The notes below the pieces were generated by a model. The model was not told the origin of the DNA, made no database searches, and was given only the letters and a program-made list of their open reading frames with translations. A DNA stretch of 32,000 bases, taken from positions 237,029 to 269,028 of the forward strand of contig NZ_WWCK01000006.1 of NCBI RefSeq assembly GCF_009857435.1, written 5' to 3'. Of the stretch, positions 1 through 9,422 are shown one piece after another. Made by a program: the position numbers and the translations under genes. Within the stretch, counting starts at the first letter, position 1. Every line of letters starts with the position of its first letter. The DNA is from Duganella rivi (GTDB taxonomy: Bacteria > Pseudomonadota > Gammaproteobacteria > Burkholderiales > Burkholderiaceae_D).

Positions 1-1142
1 AGGTCTTTGATGACGTAACCGAGATTGGCGCTGTATGGGCTCTCGCCTTCGAGGAAGCCGGCCGGCACCACCTGCGGCGCCAGCAGCTTGCCGGCAGCCG
101 TTTCATCGAGCATGGCTTGCAGCTGCTTGTTGTCGTTGCCCATGTCACGCACGCTGGTGACGCCGGTCGACATATTCAGCGCGCCAGACCAGCGGTCGAC
201 GTGGCCGTGCAGGTCGAACAGGCCAGGCAGCACGATGCGGCCGGCGGCGTCGATCACGTTGTCGGCGTTGCGCGTTGGCGAACCGGCTGGCTGGATGGAG
301 GTGATGCGGCCGCGCAGCACATAAATGTCGGACGGCTGGCCGACAGTGGCTTTCTCGCTATCGAAGATGCGCGCGTTGCGCACCACGGTCAGGCCGTCGA
401 GCGGGTGCTGCAACTTGGCGGCGGCGTCGGTCAGCATCTGCTGCTCGGCGGCTTTCTGGCGCTGGCCCAGCACCGGCGCGGCAGACTGCCAACCCTCTTC
501 CAGCACGTTGCCGAAGCCCGGCATGATCACGCCGAACAGGCGTGGTTGCGCGCCGGCGGTGGCCCAGTAGAACGACGGCGACAGGCCGATGCCGGTTTGC
601 GCCAGCAAATTCACGGTTTGTTTCTGGCCGGTGGCGCTGGTGACTTCCACGCTATCGAGCACGCGCTGCGACAGGGTGCCCGATGGCAGCAGCGGCAGTT
701 TGCCGTCCGGCGTTTTCGCTACCGCACTAATGGCCACCGATGCTACTTCAAACGAGGAATTCAGCGGCAGGTAGGCGGCCGCGCCGCTGACGGTTTTGGC
801 GCCCTGCTCGGAGGTCGACTTCCACGTGGCCTGATCGCCCTTGCGGCTGAACTGCTCGTTCACCACCGCGCCAAAGGTCGAATTGCCTTTGACGGCGTAC
901 TCGGTCATGGTGCCGTCCGCGCCAACGCGGAATTGTTCCTCCAGATCCGGGCCGCGGCCGTTATCCTTGTATCCGAAAATGACTTTGGTCAGGCCGTCGT
1001 CATGACGCTCGACGATCTGCTGGCCGATTTGCTTGTTGGCGTTTTCGGAGATGATCAGGTACTTGGTGGTGGTCGTGGCGGCGTGCGCGCTAAAGGCAGC
1101 GGCCAGTGCGAGAGGCAGTACGGCGAGGCGTTTGTTCAGCAA
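1..1142 (-). CDS. Secreted amidohydrolase-family protein (partial; C-terminus lies beyond window start)
   Basis: Absent from the ORF track because it runs off the window edge. The reverse strand is open from TTG at 1142-1140 (GGAGA about 6 nt upstream) down to position 3. Translation starts MLNKRLAVLPLALAAAFSAHA (signal peptide) and contains VIDAAGRIVLPGLFDLHGHV (HxH metal-binding region of the amidohydrolase superfamily). The + strand ORF 117-1163 is its antisense shadow. Confidence 0.8.
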   Translation of the reverse strand, partial: MLNKRLAVLPLALAAAFSAHAATTTTKYLIISENANKQIGQQIVERHDDGLTKVIFGYKDNGRGPDLEEQFRVGADGTMTEYAVKGNSTFGAVVNEQFSRKGDQATWKSTSEQGAKTVSGAAAYLPLNSSFEVASVAISAVAKTPDGKLPLLPSGTLSQRVLDSVEVTSATGQKQTVNLLAQTGIGLSPSFYWATAGAQPRLFGVIMPGFGNVLEEGWQSAAPVLGQRQKAAEQQMLTDAAAKLQHPLDGLTVVRNARIFDSEKATVGQPSDIYVLRGRITSIQPAGSPTRNADNVIDAAGRIVLPGLFDLHGHVDRWSGALNMSTGVTSVRDMGNDNKQLQAMLDETAAGKLLAPQVVPAGFLEGESPYSANLGYVIKD

Positions 1143-1144
1143 GT

Positions 1145-1906
1145 TCAATCTCCTTTTGTTTGAGCGGCGCACACCGGGCAAGCGCCATTGCGCCCGACGA
1201 TGATGCTCGTCCATTCCATGTGTAATCCGTCTAACATCATCAAGCGTCCGGCCAGCGAGCCGCCCACGCCCATCAGCAGCTTGAGCGCTTCGGCCGCCTG
1301 CATGGCGCCAACCACGCCCACCAGCGGCGCGAACACGCCCATGGTGGAACAGGCCACGTCTTCAAATTGCTGATCCTGCGGGAACAGGCAGGAGTAGCAA
1401 GGCTGCTCACCGCTGCGGGGATCGAAAACGCTGATCTGGCCATCGAAGCGGATCACCGCGCCCGACACCAGCGGTTTATTCGCGGCCACGCAAGCGCGGT
1501 TCACGGCGTGGCGGGTGGCGAAGTTGTCGGTGCAGTCGAGTACCACGTCGGCGTCGGCGACCAACTCGGCGAGGCGCGCATCATCTACGCGCTCGTTCAG
1601 CGCGGTGACGATGATTTCAGGGTTGATTTGCTGGAGCGTGAGGCGCGCCGATTCGGCCTTGGACTGGCCGACGCGCTCCGTGGTGTGGGCGATCTGGCGC
1701 TGCAAGTTGGTCAGATCGACCGTATCGTTATCGACCAGCGTGATATGGCCAACGCCGGCCGACGCCAAATACATGGCGGCCGGCGAACCGAGGCCGCCGG
1801 CGCCGATCACCAGCGCGTGCGCGTCCAGCAGATTTTGCTGGCCTTCGATGCCGATTTCGTCGAGCAGGATATGGCGCGAGTAGCGCAGCAATTGTAAGTC
1901 GTTCAT
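1145..1906 (-). CDS. moeB: Molybdopterin-synthase adenylyltransferase MoeB (ThiF/MoeB/HesA family)
   Basis: 253 aa. Has LRYSRHILL, the Rossmann motif VIGAGGLGSPAAMYLASAGVG, and paired CxxC motifs (CYSC, CPVC). Stop lies 2 nt from the downstream gene start. Confidence 0.9.
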   Translation of the reverse strand: MNDLQLLRYSRHILLDEIGIEGQQNLLDAHALVIGAGGLGSPAAMYLASAGVGHITLVDNDTVDLTNLQRQIAHTTERVGQSKAESARLTLQQINPEIIVTALNERVDDARLAELVADADVVLDCTDNFATRHAVNRACVAANKPLVSGAVIRFDGQISVFDPRSGEQPCYSCLFPQDQQFEDVACSTMGVFAPLVGVVGAMQAAEALKLLMGVGGSLAGRLMMLDGLHMEWTSIIVGRNGACPVCAAQTKGD

Positions 1907-1936
1907 CGTCGCTCTGCGGCGGTGGCGCGCAGCGGT

Positions 1937-3322
1937 TTATTTGGACAGTTTGACCGGCAAGCCTTTGAAGTGATTCAGCGCCTGCTCCAGCTGGAAGTCT
2001 TCCTTGGAGCCGAATTCCACCGGCTTGGCTTTCTTGGCCAAGGCAGCGATGGCTTGTTCCTCTTCCTGCGGATCGCGCTTGGCCGCTTCCGCTTGCGGAT
2101 CCTTGTCGTTGCCGAGGTGTTTTTGCAGGTCGGCTTCGCGCACGCGCAAGCGGTTCAGGCCATCGCCTTCCGCCGTTTCATCGACTTTCAAATCCGGCGT
2201 GATGCCCAGTGCCTGGATGGCGCGGTTCTTCGGCGTGTAGTAGCGGGCGGTGGTCAGCTTGACGGCGGTATCGGCGGTCAATTGGCGCAGGGTTTGCACC
2301 GAGCCTTTGCCAAAGGTCTGCTGGCCGATGATGGTGGCGCGCTTGTAGTCTTGCAGCGCGCCAGCCACGATTTCGGACGCCGAGGCGGAGCCGCCGTTCA
2401 CCAGCACCACCATCGGCACGTCTTTCAGTGCGGCCGGCAGCTTGGCCAGCGGGTCGGTCTTGGCGCGCGGCGCGTAGAATTCCTGGCGGCCGTAGAAGGT
2501 CTCCTTGGAGCTGACCAGTTGGCCGTTGGTGGAGACGATCACCGAGTCTTTCGGCAGGAAGGCGGCCGACACGCCGATCGCGCCCGGCACCACGCCGCCC
2601 GGATCGTTGCGCAGGTCGAGCACCAGTCCCTTGATGTTCGGGTCTTGGTGGTACAGGGCGGTGATTTTCTTCGCCATGTCTTCCACCGTCGGTTCCTGGA
2701 ATTGCGAGATGCGCACCCACGCGTAGCCCGGTTCCACGATCTTGGCCTTCACGCTTTGCACGCGGATTTCTTCGCGCACGATGTTGAACACCAGCGGCTT
2801 GTCTTCGTCCTTGCGGCTGATGGTGATGCTCACTTTGGAGCGCGGTTCGCCGCGCATCTTTTTCACCGATTCATCCAGCGACACGCCTTTAATCAGGGAG
2901 CCGTCGATGCGGGTGATAACGTCGCCAGCCTTGATGCCGGCCTTGAACGCGGGCGTATCTTCAATCGGCGAGACCACTTTGATGTAGCCGTCTTCCAGCG
3001 CCACTTCGACGCCAACGCCGACGAATTTACCGGCCACGGTCTCGCGCATTTCGCGGAAGGCTTTTTTATCCAGGTAGACCGAGTGCGGATCGAGCGAGGA
3101 CACCATGCCGGAAATGGCTTCGGTCAGCAGCTTTTTGTCGTCGACGTTTTCGACGTAATCGCTCTTGATCAGGCCAAACACGTCGGATAGCTGGCGCAGT
3201 TCCTCAATCGGCAGCGGACTGCCGGTAACTTTTTGCGCAATGGCGGAAAACTGGAACGAGGCGGCAACACCAGCCACCATACCGAGGCCGATCAGGCCGA
3301 TGCTCTTGACTTTGTTGCCCAT
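1937..3322 (-). CDS. Carboxy-terminal processing protease (S41 family, PDZ-containing)
   Basis: 461 aa with an N-terminal signal/anchor, a PDZ region (GVGVEV...GDVITRIDG) and an S41 catalytic region (GGSASASEIVAGALQD ... TFGKGSVQ). Confidence 0.9.
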   Translation of the reverse strand: MGNKVKSIGLIGLGMVAGVAASFQFSAIAQKVTGSPLPIEELRQLSDVFGLIKSDYVENVDDKKLLTEAISGMVSSLDPHSVYLDKKAFREMRETVAGKFVGVGVEVALEDGYIKVVSPIEDTPAFKAGIKAGDVITRIDGSLIKGVSLDESVKKMRGEPRSKVSITISRKDEDKPLVFNIVREEIRVQSVKAKIVEPGYAWVRISQFQEPTVEDMAKKITALYHQDPNIKGLVLDLRNDPGGVVPGAIGVSAAFLPKDSVIVSTNGQLVSSKETFYGRQEFYAPRAKTDPLAKLPAALKDVPMVVLVNGGSASASEIVAGALQDYKRATIIGQQTFGKGSVQTLRQLTADTAVKLTTARYYTPKNRAIQALGITPDLKVDETAEGDGLNRLRVREADLQKHLGNDKDPQAEAAKRDPQEEEQAIAALAKKAKPVEFGSKEDFQLEQALNHFKGLPVKLSK

Positions 3323-3336
3323 TTTTCCCGCGAACC

Positions 3337-4890
3337 TTAAAACTTGACCCAGCCAGCCGGATCGAATGCTGCGCCCTGATGGCGAAGTTCAAAGTATAGC
3401 CCCGATTCCTCGTTACCGCCGCTGTTACCTGCGCTGGCAATGGGGTCGCCGCCTTTGACGATGTCGCCGACCCGTTTGAGCAGCGATTGGTTATTGCCGT
3501 AAATACTCATGTATTGGCCGCCGTGATCGACGATGATCAGGTTGCCGAAACCGCGCAGCCAGTCGGCGAACACGACACGGCCGCCGGCCACCGAGTGCAC
3601 GTCGGCGCCCTCGGAAGTGCGGATGAAGACGCCCTTCCAGCTTGGGCCGTCGCCGCGCTTGGAACCGAATTTGGCGGCCACCTTGCCCGCCACCGGGGCA
3701 CGCAGCTGGCCTTTTAAGCTGGCGAAGGCGCCGGCCGGCATGGCTGGCGCCAGCGCGATGTCGGCCGGCTTGGCCGGCGGCGTGTTTTCTACCGAGGCGG
3801 CCGCGCCGGCGCCACTACCGGCAGCGCCGGATCCGCTCCCGCCCTGGCCAGCGGCGGCGGCGCCACTGCTGCCGCCTGCCCCGCCGACACCCGGACGCGT
3901 AGCGGCCACTTTCGGCTCGTCGGCGTCGATTGCATCGGCTGGGTTCGGGGTGGCCGGCTTGATGGTGCCGGACTTGGTATTGCTGTTGGCCTTGGCAAGG
4001 CGCTGGCGCTCCGCCTCGGCGGCCTTGGCCTTGGCCAGCGCCCGGGCGTCGGCTTCCGCCTTGGCTTTGGCGGCGGCGCGGGCGGCGGCCAGTTGTTCCT
4101 GGCGTTTCTTCTCGGCGGCAGCGGCGATGGCTTGCTCGGCGATCAGCTTGTTCAGCTTGTCGACCAGCCCGGTCATGCGCTGCTCGTCGCGTTCGAGGTT
4201 GCCGGCTTCTTTGCGCTGGGCCACCAGTTTCTTCGACAAGGTGGTCAGCAAGGCGGCGCGGCGCGCCTTCTCCTGCTCCAGCTTGGCTTTTTGCTGTAAT
4301 TGCTCCTGAGCGATTTCTTCCAGCTCGTCCTTGGCGTTCTGCGCCTCTTCCTGGTTGACCTCGACGGCCTTCAGGTTGGCGCGCAGCGAGTCCAGCAAGC
4401 GCGCCTGCGCCTGCGAGACGTAGGCCATCATCTGCAAATCGCGGTTAATCCGATTGGGATTGTCGCCCGACAGCAGCAACTTGATGCGGTCTTCGTTCCC
4501 GGCCACGTACTGCTCGCGCAGCAGCTTGGCCAGCTGCTGCTTTTGACTGGCGACCGTGGCCGCCAGCTTGTCATGCACGGCCGACAACTGCACCAGCTTG
4601 ACGTTGGTATCGGCCTGCTCTTGCTGCAGGTCGCGCAGCGAGCGGTTGGCGTCCGAAATCGCCTGTTCGGACTCGGCCAGCGTATCGGCCGCGTCGTCCT
4701 TGGCGGATTCAGTCTTGCTGATGTCTTTCTTGAGCGCAGACAGCTTCTGCTGCACGCCGGCGCGTTCAGCCTCGGCGGCAGCTTTTTGCTTGCTGCGCTC
4801 GGTTGCCTTGCCGAAGGGAGCGGCTTGCGCTCCCAGCGACGATAACATCAGCAGCAGGAGCGCTGCTTTACGGAACGAAGGAGACGACAA
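3337..4890 (-). CDS. envC: EnvC-like murein hydrolase activator (coiled coil + degenerate LytM/M23 domain)
   Basis: The track ORF extends to 4953 but would overlap gpmA. In-frame TTG at 4890 gives the signal peptide (M)SSPSFRKAALLLLMLSSLGAQA|AP and starts 1 nt after the gpmA stop. Long Q/E/A/K coiled coil, an Ala/Gly/Ser low-complexity linker and a C-terminal M23 fold. The HxH position reads GLYFELR and the middle His position reads SIYGN, so the catalytic residues are degenerate. Confidence 0.8.
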   Translation of the reverse strand: MSSPSFRKAALLLLMLSSLGAQAAPFGKATERSKQKAAAEAERAGVQQKLSALKKDISKTESAKDDAADTLAESEQAISDANRSLRDLQQEQADTNVKLVQLSAVHDKLAATVASQKQQLAKLLREQYVAGNEDRIKLLLSGDNPNRINRDLQMMAYVSQAQARLLDSLRANLKAVEVNQEEAQNAKDELEEIAQEQLQQKAKLEQEKARRAALLTTLSKKLVAQRKEAGNLERDEQRMTGLVDKLNKLIAEQAIAAAAEKKRQEQLAAARAAAKAKAEADARALAKAKAAEAERQRLAKANSNTKSGTIKPATPNPADAIDADEPKVAATRPGVGGAGGSSGAAAAGQGGSGSGAAGSGAGAAASVENTPPAKPADIALAPAMPAGAFASLKGQLRAPVAGKVAAKFGSKRGDGPSWKGVFIRTSEGADVHSVAGGRVVFADWLRGFGNLIIVDHGGQYMSIYGNNQSLLKRVGDIVKGGDPIASAGNSGGNEESGLYFELRHQGAAFDPAGWVKF

Positions 4891-4891
4891 A

Positions 4892-5638
4892 TTACTTGGC
4901 CTTACCCTGGTTAGCCACCGCAGCCTGAGCGGCGGCAATCGCGTCGGCATCACCGAGGTAGTAGTGACGGATCGGTTTCAGCTCAGCGTCCAGCTCGTAC
5001 ACCAGCGGGGTGCCGTTAGGGATGTTCAGGCCAACGATATCGCTGTCGCTGATGCCGTCCAGCATCTTGATCAGGGCGCGCAGGCTGTTGCCGTGGGCCG
5101 AGATGATGATTTTCTTGCCGGCCTTGATGGCTGGAGCGATTTCCTCATCCCACACCGGTACCACGCGGGCCACGGTGTCTTTCAGGCACTCGGTCAGCGG
5201 AATTTGTTCTTTCGACAAGCCGGCGTAGCGCGGATCGTTGAACGAAGCGCGGTCGTCGCCCGCTTCCAGCGCCGGCGGCGGCGTGTCATAGCTGCGGCGC
5301 CAAACGAGCACTTGCTCGTCGCCGTACTTGGCGGCGGTCTCGCCCTTGTCCAGGCCTTGGAGCGCGCCGTAGTGACGCTCGTTCAAACGCCAGTCGTTCT
5401 TGATCGGCAGGTACATCATGTCCATTTCGTCCAGCGCCAGCCACAGCGTGCGCACTGCGCGCTTCAGCACCGAGGTATAAGCCAGGTCGAAGGTGTAGCC
5501 GCCGTCCTTCAGCAGCTTGCCGGCCTGCTTGGCCTCATTGATGCCTTTTTCGGTCAGATCAACGTCGGTCCAGCCGGTGAAGCGGTTCGACAGGTTCCAG
5601 GTGGATTCGCCGTGGCGCATGAAAACGATTTTGTACAT
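4892..5638 (-). CDS. gpmA: 2,3-bisphosphoglycerate-dependent phosphoglycerate mutase
   Basis: 248 aa. Has the N-terminal [10 protein letters not shown] (RHG catalytic motif) and is full length relative to the dPGM family. Confidence 0.95.
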   Translation of the reverse strand: MYKIVFMRHGESTWNLSNRFTGWTDVDLTEKGINEAKQAGKLLKDGGYTFDLAYTSVLKRAVRTLWLALDEMDMMYLPIKNDWRLNERHYGALQGLDKGETAAKYGDEQVLVWRRSYDTPPPALEAGDDRASFNDPRYAGLSKEQIPLTECLKDTVARVVPVWDEEIAPAIKAGKKIIISAHGNSLRALIKMLDGISDSDIVGLNIPNGTPLVYELDAELKPIRHYYLGDADAIAAAQAAVANQGKAK

Positions 5639-5738
5639 GTGGACTATCTTTTCAAGAAAAGTTGGAAAACCGGTGCTTTGAGAACTCTTACAGCTTCTAT
5701 TTTATAATGCGCAGATTGAGTTCAACCATTGGATTACT

Positions 5739-6140
5739 GTGAAATTCTTCATTGACAATATTTTTCTGATCGCCATCGTGCTGGTTTCCGGCGGCGCCCT
5801 GCTGTGGCCGTCCTTAACCGTGCGCGGCAAGCGCGGCAGCCCGCAAGACATTACTATGTTGATTAACCGCGGCAAAGCCACCATTTTAGATGTGCGCGAC
5901 GCCAAGGATTACGCCGACGGCCACTTGCCTGACGCCAAGAATATCCCGCTGGCCGAGCTGGACAAGCGCCTGCCGGAGCTGGACAAGTTCAAGAGCCGTA
6001 GCCTGATCGTGGTCGGCAAGAGCGACGCCCGTGGTTCGGCCGCCGCCGCCAAGCTGGGCAAAGCCGGCTTCGGCGACGTGGTTAACCTGGAAGGTGGCGT
6101 TGCCGCATGGCAAAAAGCCGGCCTGCCGCTGGCTAAGTAA
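5739..6140 (+). CDS. Membrane-anchored rhodanese-like domain protein (YibN-like), cysteine-free
   Basis: 133 aa with a GTG start and an N-terminal TM helix (IFLIAIVLVSGGALLW). The rhodanese fold is LDVRDAKDYADGHLPDAKNIP...LIVVGKSDARGSAAAAKL...GGVAAW. The protein contains no Cys at all. Its position upstream of grxC-secB-gpsA mirrors E. coli yibN. Confidence 0.85.
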   Translation: MKFFIDNIFLIAIVLVSGGALLWPSLTVRGKRGSPQDITMLINRGKATILDVRDAKDYADGHLPDAKNIPLAELDKRLPELDKFKSRSLIVVGKSDARGSAAAAKLGKAGFGDVVNLEGGVAAWQKAGLPLAK

Positions 6141-6155
6141 TTGGAGGAAAGCAAG

Positions 6156-6416
6156 ATGACTGCCGAAGTGATTATGTACACCACCGCCGTGTGCCCGTAC
6201 TGCATCCGCGCTGAGCGCCTGCTGGAATCCAAGGGTGTGACCGGCCTGAAGAAGATCCGCGTGGATCTTGACCCTGAGCAACGTATTTCGATGATGCAAA
6301 AGACCGGTCGCCGCACCGTGCCGCAAATCTATATCGGCGAGACCCACGTCGGTGGTTTCGACGATTTGTATGCGCTCGATCAAGCTGGCGGCTTGTCGCC
6401 CTTGTTAAATGGCTAA
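6156..6416 (+). CDS. grxC: Glutaredoxin 3
   Basis: CPYC active site and the TVPQIYIG..HVGGFDDL motif. ATG at 6156 is preceded by GGAGGAAAG, and the track start at 6141 is a TTG inside that RBS. Confidence 0.9.
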   Translation: MTAEVIMYTTAVCPYCIRAERLLESKGVTGLKKIRVDLDPEQRISMMQKTGRRTVPQIYIGETHVGGFDDLYALDQAGGLSPLLNG

Positions 6417-6576
6417 TAGCCACCAAATACAACGTACGTCGGGCGGAAAGCCTTTAAAACCATAATGGTTTTGATACAATTGCCCTCGCGTTTGATTTGA
6501 GCTGTCTTCTAGCCATACCAAGCAAACATCATCCGGGCGGCCGGTGCCGCTCGATTTACTATAACGAAAGCGTTCC

Positions 6577-7050
6577 ATGTCTGAAGAAAATCTGCAACCA
6601 GTATTCCAAATCCAACGCGTCTACCTGAAAGACCTGTCGCTGGAACAACCTAATTCGCCGGCTATCTTCCTGGAACAGGAAGCACCGACCATCGAAGTCG
6701 CGCTGGACGTCGGCGCCGAGCCGCTGGCTGACGGCATCTTCGAATCGACCGTGACCATCACCGTGACCGCTAAAGTCAAAGACAAAGTGGCATTCCTGGT
6801 TGAAGGCAAACAAGCTGGTATCTTCGAAGCCCGCAACATTCCAGCAGAACAGCTGGATCCACTGCTGGGCATCGGCTGCCCGAACATCGTGTACCCATAC
6901 CTGCGCGCCAACATTGCTGACGTGATCACCCGTGCCGGTTTCCCACCAGTGCACCTGGCCGAGATCAACTTCGAAGTGTTCTACCAGCAGCGTCAACAAG
7001 CGATCGCTGAAGCAGCCGCTGCTGCCCCAGCCGCTGACGCGACCCACTAA
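6577..7050 (+). CDS. secB: Protein-export chaperone SecB
   Basis: 157 aa with [19 protein letters not shown]..., the [33 protein letters not shown] hallmark and an acidic/Ala tail. Confidence 0.95.
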   Translation: MSEENLQPVFQIQRVYLKDLSLEQPNSPAIFLEQEAPTIEVALDVGAEPLADGIFESTVTITVTAKVKDKVAFLVEGKQAGIFEARNIPAEQLDPLLGIGCPNIVYPYLRANIADVITRAGFPPVHLAEINFEVFYQQRQQAIAEAAAAAPAADATH

Positions 7051-7110
7051 GTAATTCCCCCGCCGCCGGACGCTCGTCCGGCGGCAGTTTTCCCCATCCC
7101 AAGGTAAGCC

Positions 7111-7554
7111 ATGACATTTCCCCGTTTAATCGCTGCTCTGACCATGACGCTGGCTGCTGCCGCGAGTCAGGCATATGATTTCAAAACGGTAGGCGCTGCG
7201 CCCGTGATCTTGTACGACGCGCCGTCGACCAAGGGGGGCAAACTGTTTGTCGTACCGCGCGGCGCCCCGCTGGAAGTGGTGCTGGCCTACGGCGAATGGC
7301 TGAAAGTCCGTGACGTCAACGGCGAGCTGGCGTGGACCGAGGCTAAAGGCCTGAGCACCAAGCGCAACGTCATCGTCAAAACCCCGAATCTGAAAATCCG
7401 CTCCACGCCGGATGATGCGGCCAGCGCCGTGTTCACCGCCGACAAGGGCGTGCTGCTGGAACTGAGCGAAAGCGTGGCCGGCGGCTGGATCAAGGTGCGT
7501 CATCGCGACGGCCTGGTCGGTTACGTCAAAAATTCCGAAGTCTGGGGCATATAA
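7111..7554 (+). CDS. Secreted tandem bacterial-SH3 domain protein
   Basis: 147 aa with signal peptide MTFPRLIAALTMTLAAAASQA and two SH3b-like repeats (LEVVLAYGEWLKVRDVNGELAWTE; LLELSESVAGGWIKVRHRDGLVGYV). Confidence 0.75.
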   Translation: MTFPRLIAALTMTLAAAASQAYDFKTVGAAPVILYDAPSTKGGKLFVVPRGAPLEVVLAYGEWLKVRDVNGELAWTEAKGLSTKRNVIVKTPNLKIRSTPDDAASAVFTADKGVLLELSESVAGGWIKVRHRDGLVGYVKNSEVWGI

Positions 7555-7594
7555 TTGCCGTAGCGGCGCACTCCCACGCGCCGAATGAGATCCC

Positions 7595-8617
7595 ATGCAA
7601 GATAAGAACAAACAGGCGGGCATCGCTCGCAAGGTGAGCGTGCTCGGCGCAGGCGCCTGGGGCACGGCCGTGGCCATGGCGCTGGCCCAGCGTCACGACG
7701 TGCTGCTGTGGGGCCGCAATGCTGCTGCCCTGCAGGCGATGGCGCTTGCCCGCGAAAATCCCTACCTGCCCGGTTATGCTTTCCCTGAGCGTCTGCAAGT
7801 GGCGGCCGATTTCGATGCGGCGCTGGCCCATGTGGCCGAGCACGGCAGCCTGCTGATTGCGGCCTGTCCAGTAGCTGGCTTGCGGCCGCTGCTGCAATCG
7901 CTCAAGGGTCGTTCCATTCCCAACGTGGTGTGGCTGTGCAAGGGCTTTGAATACGACACCGGCCTGCTGCCGCACCAGATTGTGCGTGAAGTGCTGGGCG
8001 ATACGGTGCCCGGTGGTGCGCTGTCGGGGCCGTCGTTTGCGCAGGAAGTGGCCAAGGGCTTGCCGTGTGCGCTGACCATTGCGTCGGACTCGGCGGCATT
8101 GCGCGCCAGCGTGGTGGAGACTGCGCACGGCGGCAATATGCGCGTGTATTCGAGCGAGGATCTGGTCGGCGTGGAAGTCGGCGGCGCGGTCAAGAATATT
8201 TTGGCAATTGCTACCGGTGCGGCTGATGGTCTGGGCCTGGGGTTGAATGCGCGCGCGGCGCTGATTACGCGTGGCCTGGCGGAGATCACCCGCCTCGGCG
8301 TGGCGCTGGGTGGCCAGACTGAGACCTTCATGGGTTTGACCGGCATGGGCGACTTGATTTTGACCTGCACCGGCGACCTGTCGCGCAACCGCCGCGTCGG
8401 CCTCGGGCTGGCGCAGGGCAAGGCGCTGGATGTGATCGTGCAGGAGTTGGGGCATGTAGCCGAAGGCGTGCCGTGCGCCAAGGCCGTGCGCGAACTGTCG
8501 GCCAAGCTTGGTGTTGAGATGCCGATCACCAATGCGGTGGCTGGGGTGCTGTTTGACGGCGACCAACCCCAAACCATGGTCGCCCGCTTGCTTTCCCGCG
8601 ACCCCAAGGACGAGTAA
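7595..8617 (+). CDS. gpsA: NAD(P)H-dependent glycerol-3-phosphate dehydrogenase
   Basis: 340 aa with [12 protein letters not shown] (Rossmann), [22 protein letters not shown] and [12 protein letters not shown] motifs. The exact start is uncertain. Confidence 0.93.
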   Translation: MQDKNKQAGIARKVSVLGAGAWGTAVAMALAQRHDVLLWGRNAAALQAMALARENPYLPGYAFPERLQVAADFDAALAHVAEHGSLLIAACPVAGLRPLLQSLKGRSIPNVVWLCKGFEYDTGLLPHQIVREVLGDTVPGGALSGPSFAQEVAKGLPCALTIASDSAALRASVVETAHGGNMRVYSSEDLVGVEVGGAVKNILAIATGAADGLGLGLNARAALITRGLAEITRLGVALGGQTETFMGLTGMGDLILTCTGDLSRNRRVGLGLAQGKALDVIVQELGHVAEGVPCAKAVRELSAKLGVEMPITNAVAGVLFDGDQPQTMVARLLSRDPKDE

Positions 8618-8681
8618 ACGGGTTAAAACGCTCTTCCCCCCGCCCCAAGACACCGCCAACAATCGGCCACGACAGTGGCGT

Positions 8682-8711
8682 GGGGTCTGACCCCGTACGG
8701 GGTCAGACCCC
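8682..8711. terminator. 30-bp perfect palindrome between convergent genes (likely bidirectional stem-loop terminator, no U tract)
   Basis: GGGGTCTGACCCC-GTAC-GGGGTCAGACCCC has 13-bp arms, and each arm is itself a GGGGTC-N-GACCCC palindrome. It sits between the gpsA stop (8617) and the DUF2461 stop (8726). Confidence 0.6.
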
Positions 8712-8725
8712 TGGAGCTTTAGGGG

Positions 8726-9415
8726 TTATTCCTCTTCCACGTCAGACTTCGCCTCACGCATCCACGCGACCAGCGGGTAAGCGTCTTTGAGGCCGGCCGC
8801 CAGCGTCGGCACCAGCAGCTCCGGCTTGTTCAGCTGCAAATCAATCTCCGTCCACACAAAGAAACTCTTCAGCTTGATGTACTCAATGTGCTCATGCTCT
8901 GGATCGAAGCCTTTCGGCGGACGCTGCAACTTGCCTTCGTTCTGAATATCGCCATACGTCGCCACCAGCTTCTTGTTCTTCAACACTTTGCGGAAACCCG
9001 CCGCATCCTCAACCATGTGCTGGCGCAGCGCTTTCAAACGGTGCGGCGGCGGCATGTACTCGCCGGCGCCGAACAGCAGCTTGCCGCTGCCATCAATCTG
9101 CATGTAGTAAGTCGGCCCGCCAGCCTTGCTTGGACGGCGCATATCATTCGGCGCCACCGCCGCCGAGAAGCGCGTCTTGTACGGGCTCTTGTCATGCGCA
9201 AAGCGCACGTCGCGGTTGATGCGGAACATGGCTTTCTTCGGATTGCTGAACTTGACCTGCGCATCAAACTTGCCCAGTTCGGCAATCATCTCGGTCACCA
9301 CTTGCAGGAATTCTTCGCGCAAGATGTCGTAACGCGGCTTGTTCATGATGAACCACGGGCGGTTGTTGTTGGCTTCCAGTTCGCGCAGGTATTGGGTCAG
9401 GTCTCGCAGATGCAT
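8726..9415 (-). CDS. DUF2461 (TIGR02453-like) family protein
   Basis: Start moved to ATG 9415 (AAGGA 5 nt upstream), 7 nt after the upstream gene stop. Motifs: NNNRPWF..., FRINRDVRFAHDKSPYKT, GGPTYYMQI. Confidence 0.8.
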   Translation of the reverse strand: MHLRDLTQYLRELEANNNRPWFIMNKPRYDILREEFLQVVTEMIAELGKFDAQVKFSNPKKAMFRINRDVRFAHDKSPYKTRFSAAVAPNDMRRPSKAGGPTYYMQIDGSGKLLFGAGEYMPPPHRLKALRQHMVEDAAGFRKVLKNKKLVATYGDIQNEGKLQRPPKGFDPEHEHIEYIKLKSFFVWTEIDLQLNKPELLVPTLAAGLKDAYPLVAWMREAKSDVEEE

Positions 9416-9422
9416 GGTGTCC

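Noticed and set aside
117-1163. 348-aa + strand ORF covering the first kilobase
   Set aside because: Arg/Ala/Gly-rich translation with no motifs. The opposite strand encodes a coherent signal-peptide amidohydrolase with an RBS. This is a typical high-GC antisense shadow ORF.
1922-3190. 422-aa + strand ORF
   Set aside because: Antisense shadow of the S41 protease gene, and the translation is low-complexity R/A/G/L-rich.
6450-6470. AAAACCAT-A-ATGGTTTT palindrome between grxC and secB as a terminator
   Set aside because: The 1-nt spacer cannot form a hairpin loop, the sequence is AT-only and there is no U tract. It may be a protein site, but nothing supports a call.
7526-8662. 378-aa - strand ORF
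   Set aside because: Antisense shadow of gpsA, which has clear family motifs on the + strand.
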